This document shows, piece after piece, positions 10,657 through 20,726 of a stretch of DNA of 64,000 bases. Both the position numbers and the translations under genes were made by a program. A model generated the notes under the pieces. The model made no database searches. It was not told the origin of the DNA and saw only the letters and a program-made list of their open reading frames with translations. How positions within the stretch are numbered: position 1 is the stretch's first letter; every line of letters begins with the position of its first letter. The DNA lies in the NCBI GenBank assembly GCA_038206385.1, contig JBBRAW010000005.1, forward strand, positions 4,241 to 68,240. The letters run 5' to 3'. The stretch comes from Bacteroidia bacterium (GTDB taxonomy: Bacteria; Bacteroidota; Bacteroidia; AKYH767-A; OLB10).

Positions 10657-13600
10657 ATGAGAAAATTTATTTTCGGCTTGCTCATCCTTACGATGATCTC
10701 TTCAAATCCTCTTTCTGCACAACAGGATTATCGTATTAAACTTCAAAGTGGAGCAATTCAACCATCATCCAACCTTGAACAATTCTTGCTTTCACCAAAA
10801 GCTAAAGATGTTTATAACGGATATTATTACCGCTTCATTCAGTTTGAAAGTTTGCCGAACGTTGCACAAAAAGAATCGATCAAAAAAAGTGGATTACTCT
10901 TATTGGATTATATTCCTTCCAATACTTTTATGGTGGCAATCCCTAAAGGGTATGATAGAAAACAATTACGAAATTTCAATATTCGTTCTATCATTCAACA
11001 AGAAGCAAAACAAAAAATAAGTACACATATTGCAGGTGGTTTTTCTTCTTATGCCGTGAATGAAAAAAATACTGTTGATATAATTGTTCAATATCAAAAA
11101 AATATTTCTAGTGATGCGGCAAAAGCTACTGCAATGAATCATGGAAAAATTCTTAGTGTGAATCCAACAAATCATACAATTACTTTACGCATCAACAATA
11201 AAAATTTAAATACATTAGCGGCAGAGAGTTGGGTTTTTTATATTAATTCTATTGCTGCACCAGCTACTCCAGAAGATACTAAAGGCAGAAGTCTTCATCG
11301 TTCCAATGTAATTAATAGTGATTATGCAACAGGTCGTCATTACGATGGTAGTGGAGTTGTTGCGGGATTAGCAGATGATGGAGAAGTAGGTCCGCATATT
11401 GATTTTCAAGGACGATTAACCAATCATCTTGTTGGCACTGGTGGCTCTCATGGAGATATGACAATTGGAATTCTTGCTGGAGGAGGTAACCTTGATCCAA
11501 CAATTCGTGGAATGGGTACAGGCGCTTATTTACATGTTTATGATATCAATGGTTATCCACACATCATCAATGCAGTAAATAATTTTGATACTTTAGGAAC
11601 TATCATTTGCTCTACTTCTTATTCACAAGGGTGCAACGAATATTCTACTGACACACAATTTGGTGATCAGTTGTTACATGAAAATCCGCAATTAGAATTT
11701 GTTTTTTCTGCAGGAAATAATGGTGGTGGTGATTGTCAATATGGTGCTGGTGCTGGTTGGGGAAATATAACCGGCGGATATAAAACTGGAAAAAATGTTA
11801 TTTCATGTGGTAACTTAAGTGCGCTTGAAATACTTGACAACTCAAGTAGTAGAGGTCCCGCATCTGATGGTCGTGTTAAACCTGATATTTGTTCGAATGG
11901 TTTAGGTCAACTTTCAACCGATCAAGATAACACCTATCAAGTTGGTGGAGGAACATCTGCTGCATCTCCAGGAATTGCAGGAATCCTTACTCAACTTTAT
12001 CAAGCATACAAATCATTAAATGGAAATCAAAATCCAAATGCTGCATTAATAAAAGCTAGTTTATTAAATAGTGCAGAAGACATTGGAAATCCTGGTCCTG
12101 ATTATACTTACGGTTGGGGCAGAGTAAATGCATTACGTGCTTTAAAAACAATTGAAGACGGTAGATATATTTTAGATAGTATTTCAAACGCAGGAGTTAA
12201 TACGCATACCATAACAGTTCCTGCTGGAGTGAATCAAATGCGTGTTATGGTTTATTGGAATGATCCAGAAGGCACAGCGCTTGCATCAAAAGCTTTAGTA
12301 AATGATCTTGATATTACTTTATCCGATCCATCATCTGCTATTTTTAATCCATGGATATTAAATCCTACACCCAATGCAATTACTTTAAATGATCCTGCTG
12401 TTCGAGGTGTTGATACCTTAAACAACATGGAACAAGTTACGATTGATAATCCATCAGCAGGAGTTTATACTCTCAATGTAAATGGCACCTCTATTCCGCT
12501 TGGTCCGCAACAATATTATATCGTTTATGAATTTCGAACAAGTGATATAACATTAACATATCCTCAAGGCGGTGAAGGTTTTGTTCCAAATGAAACTGAA
12601 GTAATTCGTTGGGATGCTGTTAAAGGATTAGGAAATTTTACACTTGAATTTTCAACTGACAATGGCGGTTCGTGGAATACTATTGCAGCAGTAAATGATC
12701 AAACGTTACAATATGAATGGACTGTTCCAAATACCTTAACTGGTGATGCATTAGTACGTGTAAGTCGTGGTAGTTTTATCGACGTTAGTGATACTACTTT
12801 TACTATTATGAATCTTCCGCAAAATATTATTGTCGATTGGGCTTGTCCTGATTCAATTAGACTCACTTGGGATCCTGTTGTAGGTTCCACAGGATATACG
12901 GTTTATAGTTTGGGAACAAAATATATGGATCCAATAGCAAATCCAATTTCTAATTCCATTGTACTTTATAATACCAATCCAACATTAGATTATTGGTATA
13001 GTGTAAGTGCAAAAGCATCAAACGGTTCTAATGGTCGTCGCGCTTTAGCGATACAAAAAGTAGCTGGTGTTTTTAATTGTCCATTAGCTTTAGATGTTCA
13101 AATAAATTCCATCAATCCAGGACCAGGAACTTTACTAGATTGTCAAATCAATAGTGCTTTATTTGTTAACATAGAAATAAAAAATTCAGGGCAAACTGCT
13201 ATTAATAATATTCCAGTTAGTTTACAATTGGATGGAAATTTTGTTGTTTCTGATATTGTTCCTGTAACAATTGCACCAAACTTAACGACTAATTGGACTT
13301 TCACTGTTCCGATAAATATTACAACTGCTGGATTGCATACTATTAAAACTTGGGCCACTTACTCTGGCGATCTTAATAGTTTTAATGATACGCTTACAAC
13401 AAATATTACTGTTATTAACGGAACACTTTCTACTATTCCATTACTGGAAGATTTCGAATCTTTTACGCTATGTAATACCACGACCGATTGTGGCGTTACT
13501 ATATGTGGATTAAATGATGGTTGGATAAACTCAGTAAATGGAATTGAGGACAACATCGATTTTCGTACTAATGAAGGTCCCACTCCTTCTGCAAATACGG

Positions 13601-14256
13601 GCCCTGATGTTGATCATACTTTAGGTACAGCAACAGGAAATTATATTTACTTAGAAGCATCTGGTGGATGTGATCAACAATTAGCAATTTTAACAAGTCC
13701 GTGTATTGATTTAACAAATGTTTTAAATCCTAATCTATCATTTTGGTATCACATGTATGGAACTAATATGGGAGAATTACACTTAGATGTATATGCAGAT
13801 GGCAATTGGACAAACGATGTAATGATTCCTATTTCTGGTGATCAAGGTAACCAATGGTTAGAGGGTAATTTATCATTGTCAAACTATACAAGTAAAATTA
13901 TCAATATTCGTTTCAGGGGAATAACAGGTGTAGGATTTCAAAGTGACTTATCTCTTGATGACATCAGCATACAAAATACCGTAGGGCTTACTCCAACAAC
14001 TAATTTAAATGGAACTGTAACGTTGTTCCCAAATCCATCATCAGGAATTTTTAATCTCGAATTAAAAAATGTGGATACACATAATTTATCCATTTCGGTA
14101 TTGGATGTTTCTGGGAGAACTATTTGGCAACAAAAAACTTCACAGATAACAAATGAAAAACAATTAATAGCTCTTCACAATTTACAGAAGGGGATTTATT
14201 TTTTACAACTTCGTAATGGTAACGCAATTCGACAAATTAAATTAACAATAATTTAG
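10657..14256 (+). CDS. Secreted S8 (subtilisin-like) peptidase with Ig-like and MAM-like domains and T9SS C-terminal sorting domain
   Basis: Signal peptide from ATG 10657. Catalytic D (ADDG), H (SHG) and S (GGTSAASP); GRVKPDI. MAM-like segment (YIYLEAS, LSFWYHMYG). C-terminal FPNPS...GIYFL. Confidence 0.9.
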   Translation: MRKFIFGLLILTMISSNPLSAQQDYRIKLQSGAIQPSSNLEQFLLSPKAKDVYNGYYYRFIQFESLPNVAQKESIKKSGLLLLDYIPSNTFMVAIPKGYDRKQLRNFNIRSIIQQEAKQKISTHIAGGFSSYAVNEKNTVDIIVQYQKNISSDAAKATAMNHGKILSVNPTNHTITLRINNKNLNTLAAESWVFYINSIAAPATPEDTKGRSLHRSNVINSDYATGRHYDGSGVVAGLADDGEVGPHIDFQGRLTNHLVGTGGSHGDMTIGILAGGGNLDPTIRGMGTGAYLHVYDINGYPHIINAVNNFDTLGTIICSTSYSQGCNEYSTDTQFGDQLLHENPQLEFVFSAGNNGGGDCQYGAGAGWGNITGGYKTGKNVISCGNLSALEILDNSSSRGPASDGRVKPDICSNGLGQLSTDQDNTYQVGGGTSAASPGIAGILTQLYQAYKSLNGNQNPNAALIKASLLNSAEDIGNPGPDYTYGWGRVNALRALKTIEDGRYILDSISNAGVNTHTITVPAGVNQMRVMVYWNDPEGTALASKALVNDLDITLSDPSSAIFNPWILNPTPNAITLNDPAVRGVDTLNNMEQVTIDNPSAGVYTLNVNGTSIPLGPQQYYIVYEFRTSDITLTYPQGGEGFVPNETEVIRWDAVKGLGNFTLEFSTDNGGSWNTIAAVNDQTLQYEWTVPNTLTGDALVRVSRGSFIDVSDTTFTIMNLPQNIIVDWACPDSIRLTWDPVVGSTGYTVYSLGTKYMDPIANPISNSIVLYNTNPTLDYWYSVSAKASNGSNGRRALAIQKVAGVFNCPLALDVQINSINPGPGTLLDCQINSALFVNIEIKNSGQTAINNIPVSLQLDGNFVVSDIVPVTIAPNLTTNWTFTVPINITTAGLHTIKTWATYSGDLNSFNDTLTTNITVINGTLSTIPLLEDFESFTLCNTTTDCGVTICGLNDGWINSVNGIEDNIDFRTNEGPTPSANTGPDVDHTLGTATGNYIYLEASGGCDQQLAILTSPCIDLTNVLNPNLSFWYHMYGTNMGELHLDVYADGNWTNDVMIPISGDQGNQWLEGNLSLSNYTSKIINIRFRGITGVGFQSDLSLDDISIQNTVGLTPTTNLNGTVTLFPNPSSGIFNLELKNVDTHNLSISVLDVSGRTIWQQKTSQITNEKQLIALHNLQKGIYFLQLRNGNAIRQIKLTII

Positions 14257-14282
14257 TCTAATAATTAAGCATATTAAATTTT

Positions 14283-14309
14283 AGGGGGACAGATTTGTCT
14301 CCCTTTTTT
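14283..14309 (+). terminator. Intrinsic terminator
   Basis: AGGGGGACA-GATT-TGTCTCCCT stem followed by a T6 run. Confidence 0.75.
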
Positions 14310-14341
14310 GCTTCTACTAAAATTTTTATTTACTTTGCTAC

Positions 14342-16066
14342 ATGTCTAAATTAAAAACGCTAATCGTACTTCTTGGACATCTCTTTTTTGTTACTCTTTT
14401 TATATTGGCTTTACTTTTTTTCAAAGAGCGCCATTCGTACGATGCAGCACATTACCTCTTGGAATTAATAAATACGAAAACATTTTTCATTGCGCACTTG
14501 CGACCGATAGCCATTGTTTCTCAAGTACTACCACTAATTGGAATTCATTTAAATAGTTCATTGGTTCATCTCCTAATGCTTTATAGTTTTGGCGATATAC
14601 TTTATTATTATGCTTTATTTCTATTTGCTATCTACTATTTAAAAGATGTTTATTGCGGACTAGGAATCATTCTTACGTTGAGTGTCGCTGTTACGTATTC
14701 TTTCTTTTGTCCCGTTACCGAACTTTTACAGGGACTAGCATTCCTTCCTATTTTCAACGCATTACTTTATAGAGATTTTCGTTTTAAAAATAGTGCAATT
14801 GTGCTTTCGCTATTGATATTAATTTTTTCTCACCCTTTACTATTTTATCCTGTTGCAGTTATTCTTAGCTATTGGACATTCGAACAACGTGCTATTAAAA
14901 CTACATTCTTTATTTGGATTGGTTTTATTGTTTTATGCATTCTAAAATTTATGATGCTTGATAAATATGATCAACAGAAAACATTCTATCCAGTTATCTT
15001 TAATGATTATGGACAATTTAAAAATTTAACAGATCTCAATTATGTTTTTTCATTTTTAATGCTGTTCATACGCGACCTAAAAGGGCTCGTAACTTTATTC
15101 TTTCTTACAACAATAATCCTTTGGAAAGAAAAGAAAGTAGTAGTCGCTTATTTGAGTAGCATTTTCATTTTTTTAATTATTATCCTATGTACACATCATT
15201 TCCAAGTAGTCACAAATTATTCGGAGCGTATGTTACTTCCACTTACAAGTCTGATTGTTATTCCCTTTACCTATGGTTTAACGAAGTTGAAAAATAAAGT
15301 GTTTTTATTTTCTAGCTTATTGCTCTCTATGGTGATTGTTATCATTCACATCAACAACATAACACTTGCAGCAATACCTTTTACGCTACGAATTAAACAG
15401 CTTGAAAATTTATGTTCAACCAGTAGATTGTTAGGGTTACAAAAAGTAATTGCTAAAGACGAAAACGTGGAGCAGGTCCCTTTTGCAAATACAGGCTGGT
15501 GTACATCAATTGAATCAACAATATTTTCATCACTTAAAGGTGCTGATTCGTGTGTTAGCATTGTTATGCAAGAGGCACATATTGATAGAATTAAAGTGCT
15601 AGGAACTAAATTAGACTCCACAAGTTGGATAAAATGGACCGAAATTATTTTAAATCAAAATACACTTAACAGACACTATTTTAATTTCAAAAATGAATTG
15701 TATTCCCCTTTAATAGGCAACAGTTTTGATAGTTTAACACTTACACATTCATTCCAACTTATACTTGATGATACGCTAGTGGATTACAATAACACATTAA
15801 AATTTATTCGTGTCAATTTAATTGCTGATGGTGGCCGTATTTCTACGAACAACTTAGAATATCAAGTGAACTTTTATAAAAATAATATTTTGGATTCCTT
15901 TTCCACCTGTCATTACAAATTGGAATCTGATTTTAAAAACCATGTTCAACAACTACTTCCTATTGCTAAAAATAATCTTAACAACGCCGATAAGTTAGAA
16001 GTAATAGTAACTGATATTCGAAATAAAAAGTTTGCGATTTGCAAGAGTGAGTTACTACTTAAATAA
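14342..16066 (+). CDS. Polytopic membrane protein, function unknown (possibly GT-C-like)
   Basis: About 10-11 hydrophobic segments followed by a soluble C-terminal region; no motif recognised. Confidence 0.6.
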   Translation: MSKLKTLIVLLGHLFFVTLFILALLFFKERHSYDAAHYLLELINTKTFFIAHLRPIAIVSQVLPLIGIHLNSSLVHLLMLYSFGDILYYYALFLFAIYYLKDVYCGLGIILTLSVAVTYSFFCPVTELLQGLAFLPIFNALLYRDFRFKNSAIVLSLLILIFSHPLLFYPVAVILSYWTFEQRAIKTTFFIWIGFIVLCILKFMMLDKYDQQKTFYPVIFNDYGQFKNLTDLNYVFSFLMLFIRDLKGLVTLFFLTTIILWKEKKVVVAYLSSIFIFLIIILCTHHFQVVTNYSERMLLPLTSLIVIPFTYGLTKLKNKVFLFSSLLLSMVIVIIHINNITLAAIPFTLRIKQLENLCSTSRLLGLQKVIAKDENVEQVPFANTGWCTSIESTIFSSLKGADSCVSIVMQEAHIDRIKVLGTKLDSTSWIKWTEIILNQNTLNRHYFNFKNELYSPLIGNSFDSLTLTHSFQLILDDTLVDYNNTLKFIRVNLIADGGRISTNNLEYQVNFYKNNILDSFSTCHYKLESDFKNHVQQLLPIAKNNLNNADKLEVIVTDIRNKKFAICKSELLLK

Positions 16067-16201
16067 TTGTTGTGATTCTTAAATTAGTATTCCCATTTTA
16101 AATACTACTAAAAATATTCGATTTTATTTTAGAGATGGATTCAAGTTTCTAATACACCACTATACTATTTTAATGATGTATTAGAAACTTGATCCGAAGT
16201 T

Positions 16202-17551
16202 TTAATTCTTGATAATCACAACTTTTTTAGTGGTTACTACATTGCTATTTGAAATCTTTACCAGGTATTGACCGCTGTATAAAGTTTTGGTGTCAAAATA
16301 AGCAATGGTGCTGCCTTGCAACAAACTCGTGGTTTCGATCAATTTTCCACTGATGTCCAACAACTCCACTTTTAAATTTTCTTTATTGATGTTTATTAAT
16401 TGAATAATTAAAAGTTCGCTAGTAGGATTTGGAAACATATTTATTTGCGCAGCATTTAAATCAATACTTGGTATTCCAACAGTTGAAGTATAAGTGGTAG
16501 TTCCACTAGGAACGGAGGTAACCTTTGCAGCTACTTTTGTTCCGTAAAAAGTTGGACCTACAACATAGGGATAAGTTGAATTCCAATTAGCATCAACTGT
16601 GCAAAAATAACAATAGATGCCTGAAGGATATTCAGGAGTAATACAAAATCTTCCATTGTGTTCATCAAGGTAATCAGGAGTTCCTGCTGATGTTGCTGTG
16701 TAATGATAATCTTCTCTGAAATATCCTAATGGATATGTTGTGCTTACATTCGGACCTAATGCTCTTGTAGTTCCTGTATTGAGAGAATAACTTGATTTCA
16801 TTCTTACAATACCTCCAGTGCCATTTACATTTTGATATCCATAAACACCATAAATTGGAAAGCCATCGTACGCAAAACCAATTAGCGGTGAATGAACAGT
16901 GCTATCAATAGCATATAATCCATCTGCATTATACAAATTACAAATAGTTGAAATCACAACCAAGTCTAAATTAAATGCACTTGGGTTTTGGTGATGATGG
17001 TAATTACCCATTGCAGGGTGAGCCTTTGCACAATCAAAGCCGCCTCTTTCAGCAAGTATTGCATCTCTGTTCCAAGCTAGTGTCGCTCCCATTCCACCTG
17101 AGCACGGTGGGTTACCAGGTCCGCCACACAATGACATCGTTGTGTTGTTCCAAGCAACGCCGTCTCTGTAATCAAATAAAGCAACACCATTGATAAACAC
17201 GCCAATATTTCCTCCTGTCGTTGCTGTGGGAGTTCCAGTATTTTGAACAGGATTTAAAGGGAATTTAAATATAGCATTTTGATTTGTAGCCAATGAAGGA
17301 TTGCCATCTAAAAATGGACCTGTAACATAACTTGGCAAACCCGTAGTGGTTACATAAACATTGGTTGCGTTATACTGCACCTGTTGGCAATTTACAAGTG
17401 AAGCATCGTTAATCACAGTTGAACTTCCCGATACATAATGCCTTGCAGTAATAGTGTTGTTTTGCAACCAACCTTTTATGGCTGGATTGGTTTGTGCATT
17501 TGCCAATGTTATAAAAAACATTGTTGCGATTGTTAGAAATGTATTTTTCAT
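16202..17551 (-). CDS. YHYH protein with T9SS C-terminal domain
   Basis: GNYHHHQ, SPLIGFAYDGFPIYG, YFREDYHY, LDEHNGRF..TPEYPSGIYCYF. C-terminal FPNPT...GQYLV. Confidence 0.88.
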   Translation of the reverse strand: MKNTFLTIATMFFITLANAQTNPAIKGWLQNNTITARHYVSGSSTVINDASLVNCQQVQYNATNVYVTTTGLPSYVTGPFLDGNPSLATNQNAIFKFPLNPVQNTGTPTATTGGNIGVFINGVALFDYRDGVAWNNTTMSLCGGPGNPPCSGGMGATLAWNRDAILAERGGFDCAKAHPAMGNYHHHQNPSAFNLDLVVISTICNLYNADGLYAIDSTVHSPLIGFAYDGFPIYGVYGYQNVNGTGGIVRMKSSYSLNTGTTRALGPNVSTTYPLGYFREDYHYTATSAGTPDYLDEHNGRFCITPEYPSGIYCYFCTVDANWNSTYPYVVGPTFYGTKVAAKVTSVPSGTTTYTSTVGIPSIDLNAAQINMFPNPTSELLIIQLININKENLKVELLDISGKLIETTSLLQGSTIAYFDTKTLYSGQYLVKISNSNVVTTKKVVIIKN

Positions 17552-17605
17552 TTTTTTATTTTGATACGTACTATTTAATTAATAAGATTGAATAGTACAA
17601 AATGG

Positions 17606-17634
17606 TTAGACGATTTAATTTTTTGAATCCTTCG
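17606..17634 (-). promoter_or_regulatory. Putative ECF sigma promoter CGAAGG-N16-CGTCTAA upstream of the YHYH gene
   Basis: Identical boxes and spacing recur at 20064-20092. Confidence 0.7.
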
Positions 17635-17648
17635 CATCCCAAAGAAAT

Positions 17649-18647
17649 TTATTTGGGATATTGAAATTGGGGATTGAAAACAAATTCTTTATCTGAAAGG
17701 GTAAGTAGAAAATTAATAATGTCAACCTTTTCGTTTGAGGTAAGCACAATGTTATTCTTTAATTGTGGTGCTAAGGTTTTTGACTGATGAATTCCTTTGG
17801 TGTAATGGTTCAAAACATCAGATAATTTTTTGAATCTTCCATCGTGCATGTAAGGATAGGAATATTCAATATTTCGGAGTGAGGGCACTTTAAATTTTAA
17901 TGAATCATCAGATTGCTTTGTTACTTTCACCCTACCGATATCCATCAACAATGAATCCATTTGCAAACCATTATTTTCAAAATTGCCATTCGTAAATAAG
18001 GGTTCAGTATGGCATGAAGAACAATTTTTTTTGAATAGCAAATAGCCCCTTTCTTCCTGTTCTGTAAAACTCATTTCCTTACGCATTATTTGATCATATT
18101 TTGAATTAGCACTTACCAAAGTGAGCATGAATTGCGAAATGGATTTCAATGTTTTTTCACCTGTTACAGCACTATCTCCAAATGCATTATAAAATAATTT
18201 TCGATATTTAACAGAGGCATTTAACTTAGCAATTACTTCATTAATAGAGCTCCCCATTTCGGCTGGATGTGAGATGGGTGCCAATGCTTGCATGTCCAAA
18301 TTGTTGACTGCTCCATCCCACATAAAAGATTTTTGCCAAGCCAAATTCATTAACGCCGGTGAATTTCGTTTGCCGATGCTGTCATGTATTCCATGGCTTA
18401 AAGCATGGTCAATATGTGTGAAGGCAGAAAATTGTGAATGACAACTTTCGCACGAGATTGTATTACTTTTTGAAAGCATTGGTTCATAAAATAAAGTTCT
18501 ACCAAGCAGAATTTTATTTTCCGTTAATGGATTATTAGAAAAATCGTAAACTGGTTTTGGGAAATTTTCCGGAACACTAAAATAACTTTCTTTTATTACA
18601 AAAGCGAAAAGAATAAAACAATAAAAAAAGATAGCATACTTTCTCAT
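17649..18647 (-). CDS. Di-heme cytochrome c peroxidase family, MbnH-like
   Basis: Two CxxCH motifs (CESCH, CSSCH), RNSPALMN, FMWDG, FKVPSLRN, PYMHDG. Adjacent to an MbnP-family gene. Confidence 0.9.
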   Translation of the reverse strand: MRKYAIFFYCFILFAFVIKESYFSVPENFPKPVYDFSNNPLTENKILLGRTLFYEPMLSKSNTISCESCHSQFSAFTHIDHALSHGIHDSIGKRNSPALMNLAWQKSFMWDGAVNNLDMQALAPISHPAEMGSSINEVIAKLNASVKYRKLFYNAFGDSAVTGEKTLKSISQFMLTLVSANSKYDQIMRKEMSFTEQEERGYLLFKKNCSSCHTEPLFTNGNFENNGLQMDSLLMDIGRVKVTKQSDDSLKFKVPSLRNIEYSYPYMHDGRFKKLSDVLNHYTKGIHQSKTLAPQLKNNIVLTSNEKVDIINFLLTLSDKEFVFNPQFQYPK

Positions 18648-19333
18648 TTTACACTAAAACAATTTGCAAGTTGCTTTGAAAAAATTACCGCATCAACACA
18701 AGGCGACATAATGTACTTTTGCGTTGTCAAATCAATAGCAGTGAAAAATTTATTGAGTTCCAAAATTATTTTGAGATTCGTTTTTGAACTTGTTTTCAAC
18801 TCTATTTTTTGCAATGAATTAAATGGATACTGATAGCCTCCTAAATGAAATTCGAAATCATTTTTTGGTGGCATGCAAGCAGTACTAGTTCCTTCCATTT
18901 TGAAATTTACATAACCACTTTGCCACGTCCAATACATTCCTTTCGTTGGATCCAAATCACCACCCATCACACCAGAAACGTTAGTGATGCTATCAATTCC
19001 AAGATTGAATTTTATTTTATTGAAATTAATTCTATGTGGTGGATTTAAAAAAATGTTTTGCGATGATGTATCAGAAACATCAATTAAGTGAAAGCTGTTT
19101 GGCTCGGAGTAAACATCAACATCATTTTGGAATAACTGAATGTTCGAAATATAGAATTTAAGGGTTTCAAATTTTATAGTGTTTCCATTTTCAATAGGAT
19201 AAACGGATTCGTGCAAAATGATGGGGATATTTTTAAATCTTTCATGCCATGAAATTTTTATACTTCCCGTTTCCTGACAAAAAGTATTCAACGAGAAGAG
19301 AAGTAAAAAGAATGAAAGGAATAGTTTTTTCAA
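18644..19333 (-). CDS. MbnP family protein
   Basis: LDPTKGMYWTWQSGYVNFKMEG (WxW motif) and FHLGG. Confidence 0.85.
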   Translation of the reverse strand: MKKLFLSFFLLLFSLNTFCQETGSIKISWHERFKNIPIILHESVYPIENGNTIKFETLKFYISNIQLFQNDVDVYSEPNSFHLIDVSDTSSQNIFLNPPHRINFNKIKFNLGIDSITNVSGVMGGDLDPTKGMYWTWQSGYVNFKMEGTSTACMPPKNDFEFHLGGYQYPFNSLQKIELKTSSKTNLKIILELNKFFTAIDLTTQKYIMSPCVDAVIFSKQLANCFSVK

Positions 19334-19782
19334 TGCTTTGCTCTTTGGCCTGGTTTTGCAAAAAGTTGAGCCAAATCTTTTACCAAGTCATCATAATATG
19401 TTAATTGATTTTCTTTGCAAAGCTTTTTGATTTCTAAAAAGTGATTGTAGTTAATTTCTTCTATATCCATTTGCAATTGTCCCAATTTTTTTTCAAGGGA
19501 ATCTTTAAGTGCTAAATTATTTGAAGTGATACAACCATACAATTTGTTTTTCGCTTGACGAATTAAGGAGTCATTTGTTTTTATTTCAACTCTATGCACT
19601 GCTATAAGTTTATCGTAATCGGCTGTTTGCTTTTTGTCAAAATGAAGTCGTTCAGCTATAATTTTTTTGGGTCCTTCATGAAGATGTGCGTTTGGTTGAA
19701 TAAAAAAGATAAATCCAATCAACATTAGATTTGTTATAAGTAATCCAATTGCTAGGTAGGTAATTAGCTTATTCTTGTTCAT
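19330..19782 (-). CDS. Periplasmic CpxP/Spy-like heavy-metal sensor protein
   Basis: N-terminal TM helix followed by a helical, His-containing domain; typical position after an ECF/anti-sigma pair. Confidence 0.6.
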   Translation of the reverse strand: MNKNKLITYLAIGLLITNLMLIGFIFFIQPNAHLHEGPKKIIAERLHFDKKQTADYDKLIAVHRVEIKTNDSLIRQAKNKLYGCITSNNLALKDSLEKKLGQLQMDIEEINYNHFLEIKKLCKENQLTYYDDLVKDLAQLFAKPGQRAKH

Positions 19783-20039
19783 TTGTAAAGGTTGTTATCA
19801 GGCATAAGTTGGAAAGCTTGCGCAATATTAGCTTCTTCCTTTGATGAAAGATTTTGCTGAAACATCGTAAATGCATTTATGGAAAGTAAAATAACAAATG
19901 AGGCGGCAATAGAATACACCAATTTCATCGATACATGATTGTCAAACTCATTTTGTATTCGTTGCTGAATTCGGGTAAATAAAAATGGCGGCGCTTCTAC
20001 TTGCTTAATATTTTCAAGTGGTTTTAAAAAGTCTTCCAT
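19779..20039 (-). CDS. Small single-TM protein, probable anti-sigma factor
   Basis: EAPPFLFTRIQQRI followed by one TM helix; directly after the ECF sigma gene. Confidence 0.6.
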   Translation of the reverse strand: MEDFLKPLENIKQVEAPPFLFTRIQQRIQNEFDNHVSMKLVYSIAASFVILLSINAFTMFQQNLSSKEEANIAQAFQLMPDNNLYK

Positions 20040-20063
20040 GTTTTTCCTATTTGATTATTTCAA

Positions 20064-20092
20064 TTAGACGACATTATTTTTAATTTCCTTCG
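20064..20092 (-). promoter_or_regulatory. Putative ECF sigma promoter CGAAGG-N16-CGTCTAA overlapping the sigma stop codon
   Basis: Same boxes and 16-nt spacer as 17606-17634. Confidence 0.7.
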
Positions 20093-20604
20093 TTAGCTTT
20101 TAATCTTTTAGTAAGATTTGTTTTGGCTCTTTGTAAAAGCGATTCAACTGCTTTGGTACTCAGGTTCATTATTTCGGAAACCTCTGTTTGGCTTTTCTGC
20201 TCTATCTTACTCAAAATCAAAACGGTTTTTTGATTGTCTGGTAGTGCATTAATATGTTTAAATAAACTTGCTAAGCCTTCCTTTTGTTCCAACAAAATGC
20301 CAGGATGATTAAAATGATGACTTAGATTAATTTGTTCGTTGCCGTCATCGTGAAACAAAGATGTTATCAATGCAAATCTCTTTTTGCGGTTTTTTGCTTT
20401 TATAAAATCTAATGATCTATTAATTGTGATTCGATAAATCCATGTTTGGATTTCTGAATTTTGTTGAAACTTATTTCGCGATTGATGAACCGAAACAAAA
20501 ACATCTTGTGTAATTTCTTCTGCGTCTTCAGTGTTTTGCACATACTGCAATGCCAAGTTAAAAACCAACTTGCTGAACTTGCTGTATGTCTCTTCAAAAG
20601 TCAC
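20080..20604 (-). CDS. ECF RNA polymerase sigma-70 factor
   Basis: DAEEITQDVF, TWIYRITINRSLD, region 4 EVSEIMNLSTKAVESLLQRAK. Confidence 0.93.
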   Translation of the reverse strand: MTFEETYSKFSKLVFNLALQYVQNTEDAEEITQDVFVSVHQSRNKFQQNSEIQTWIYRITINRSLDFIKAKNRKKRFALITSLFHDDGNEQINLSHHFNHPGILLEQKEGLASLFKHINALPDNQKTVLILSKIEQKSQTEVSEIMNLSTKAVESLLQRAKTNLTKRLKANEGN

Positions 20605-20726
20605 TTATGATTTAACTGTTAGTTGAGTTCGTAATTTGGATTTTTGCATGAAGCTAATTGTTCTTTTAAAACTTTGATTTATACATGGCTTGAGTGGCTT
20701 AAAAATATGCTTTCGCTATATGATTG

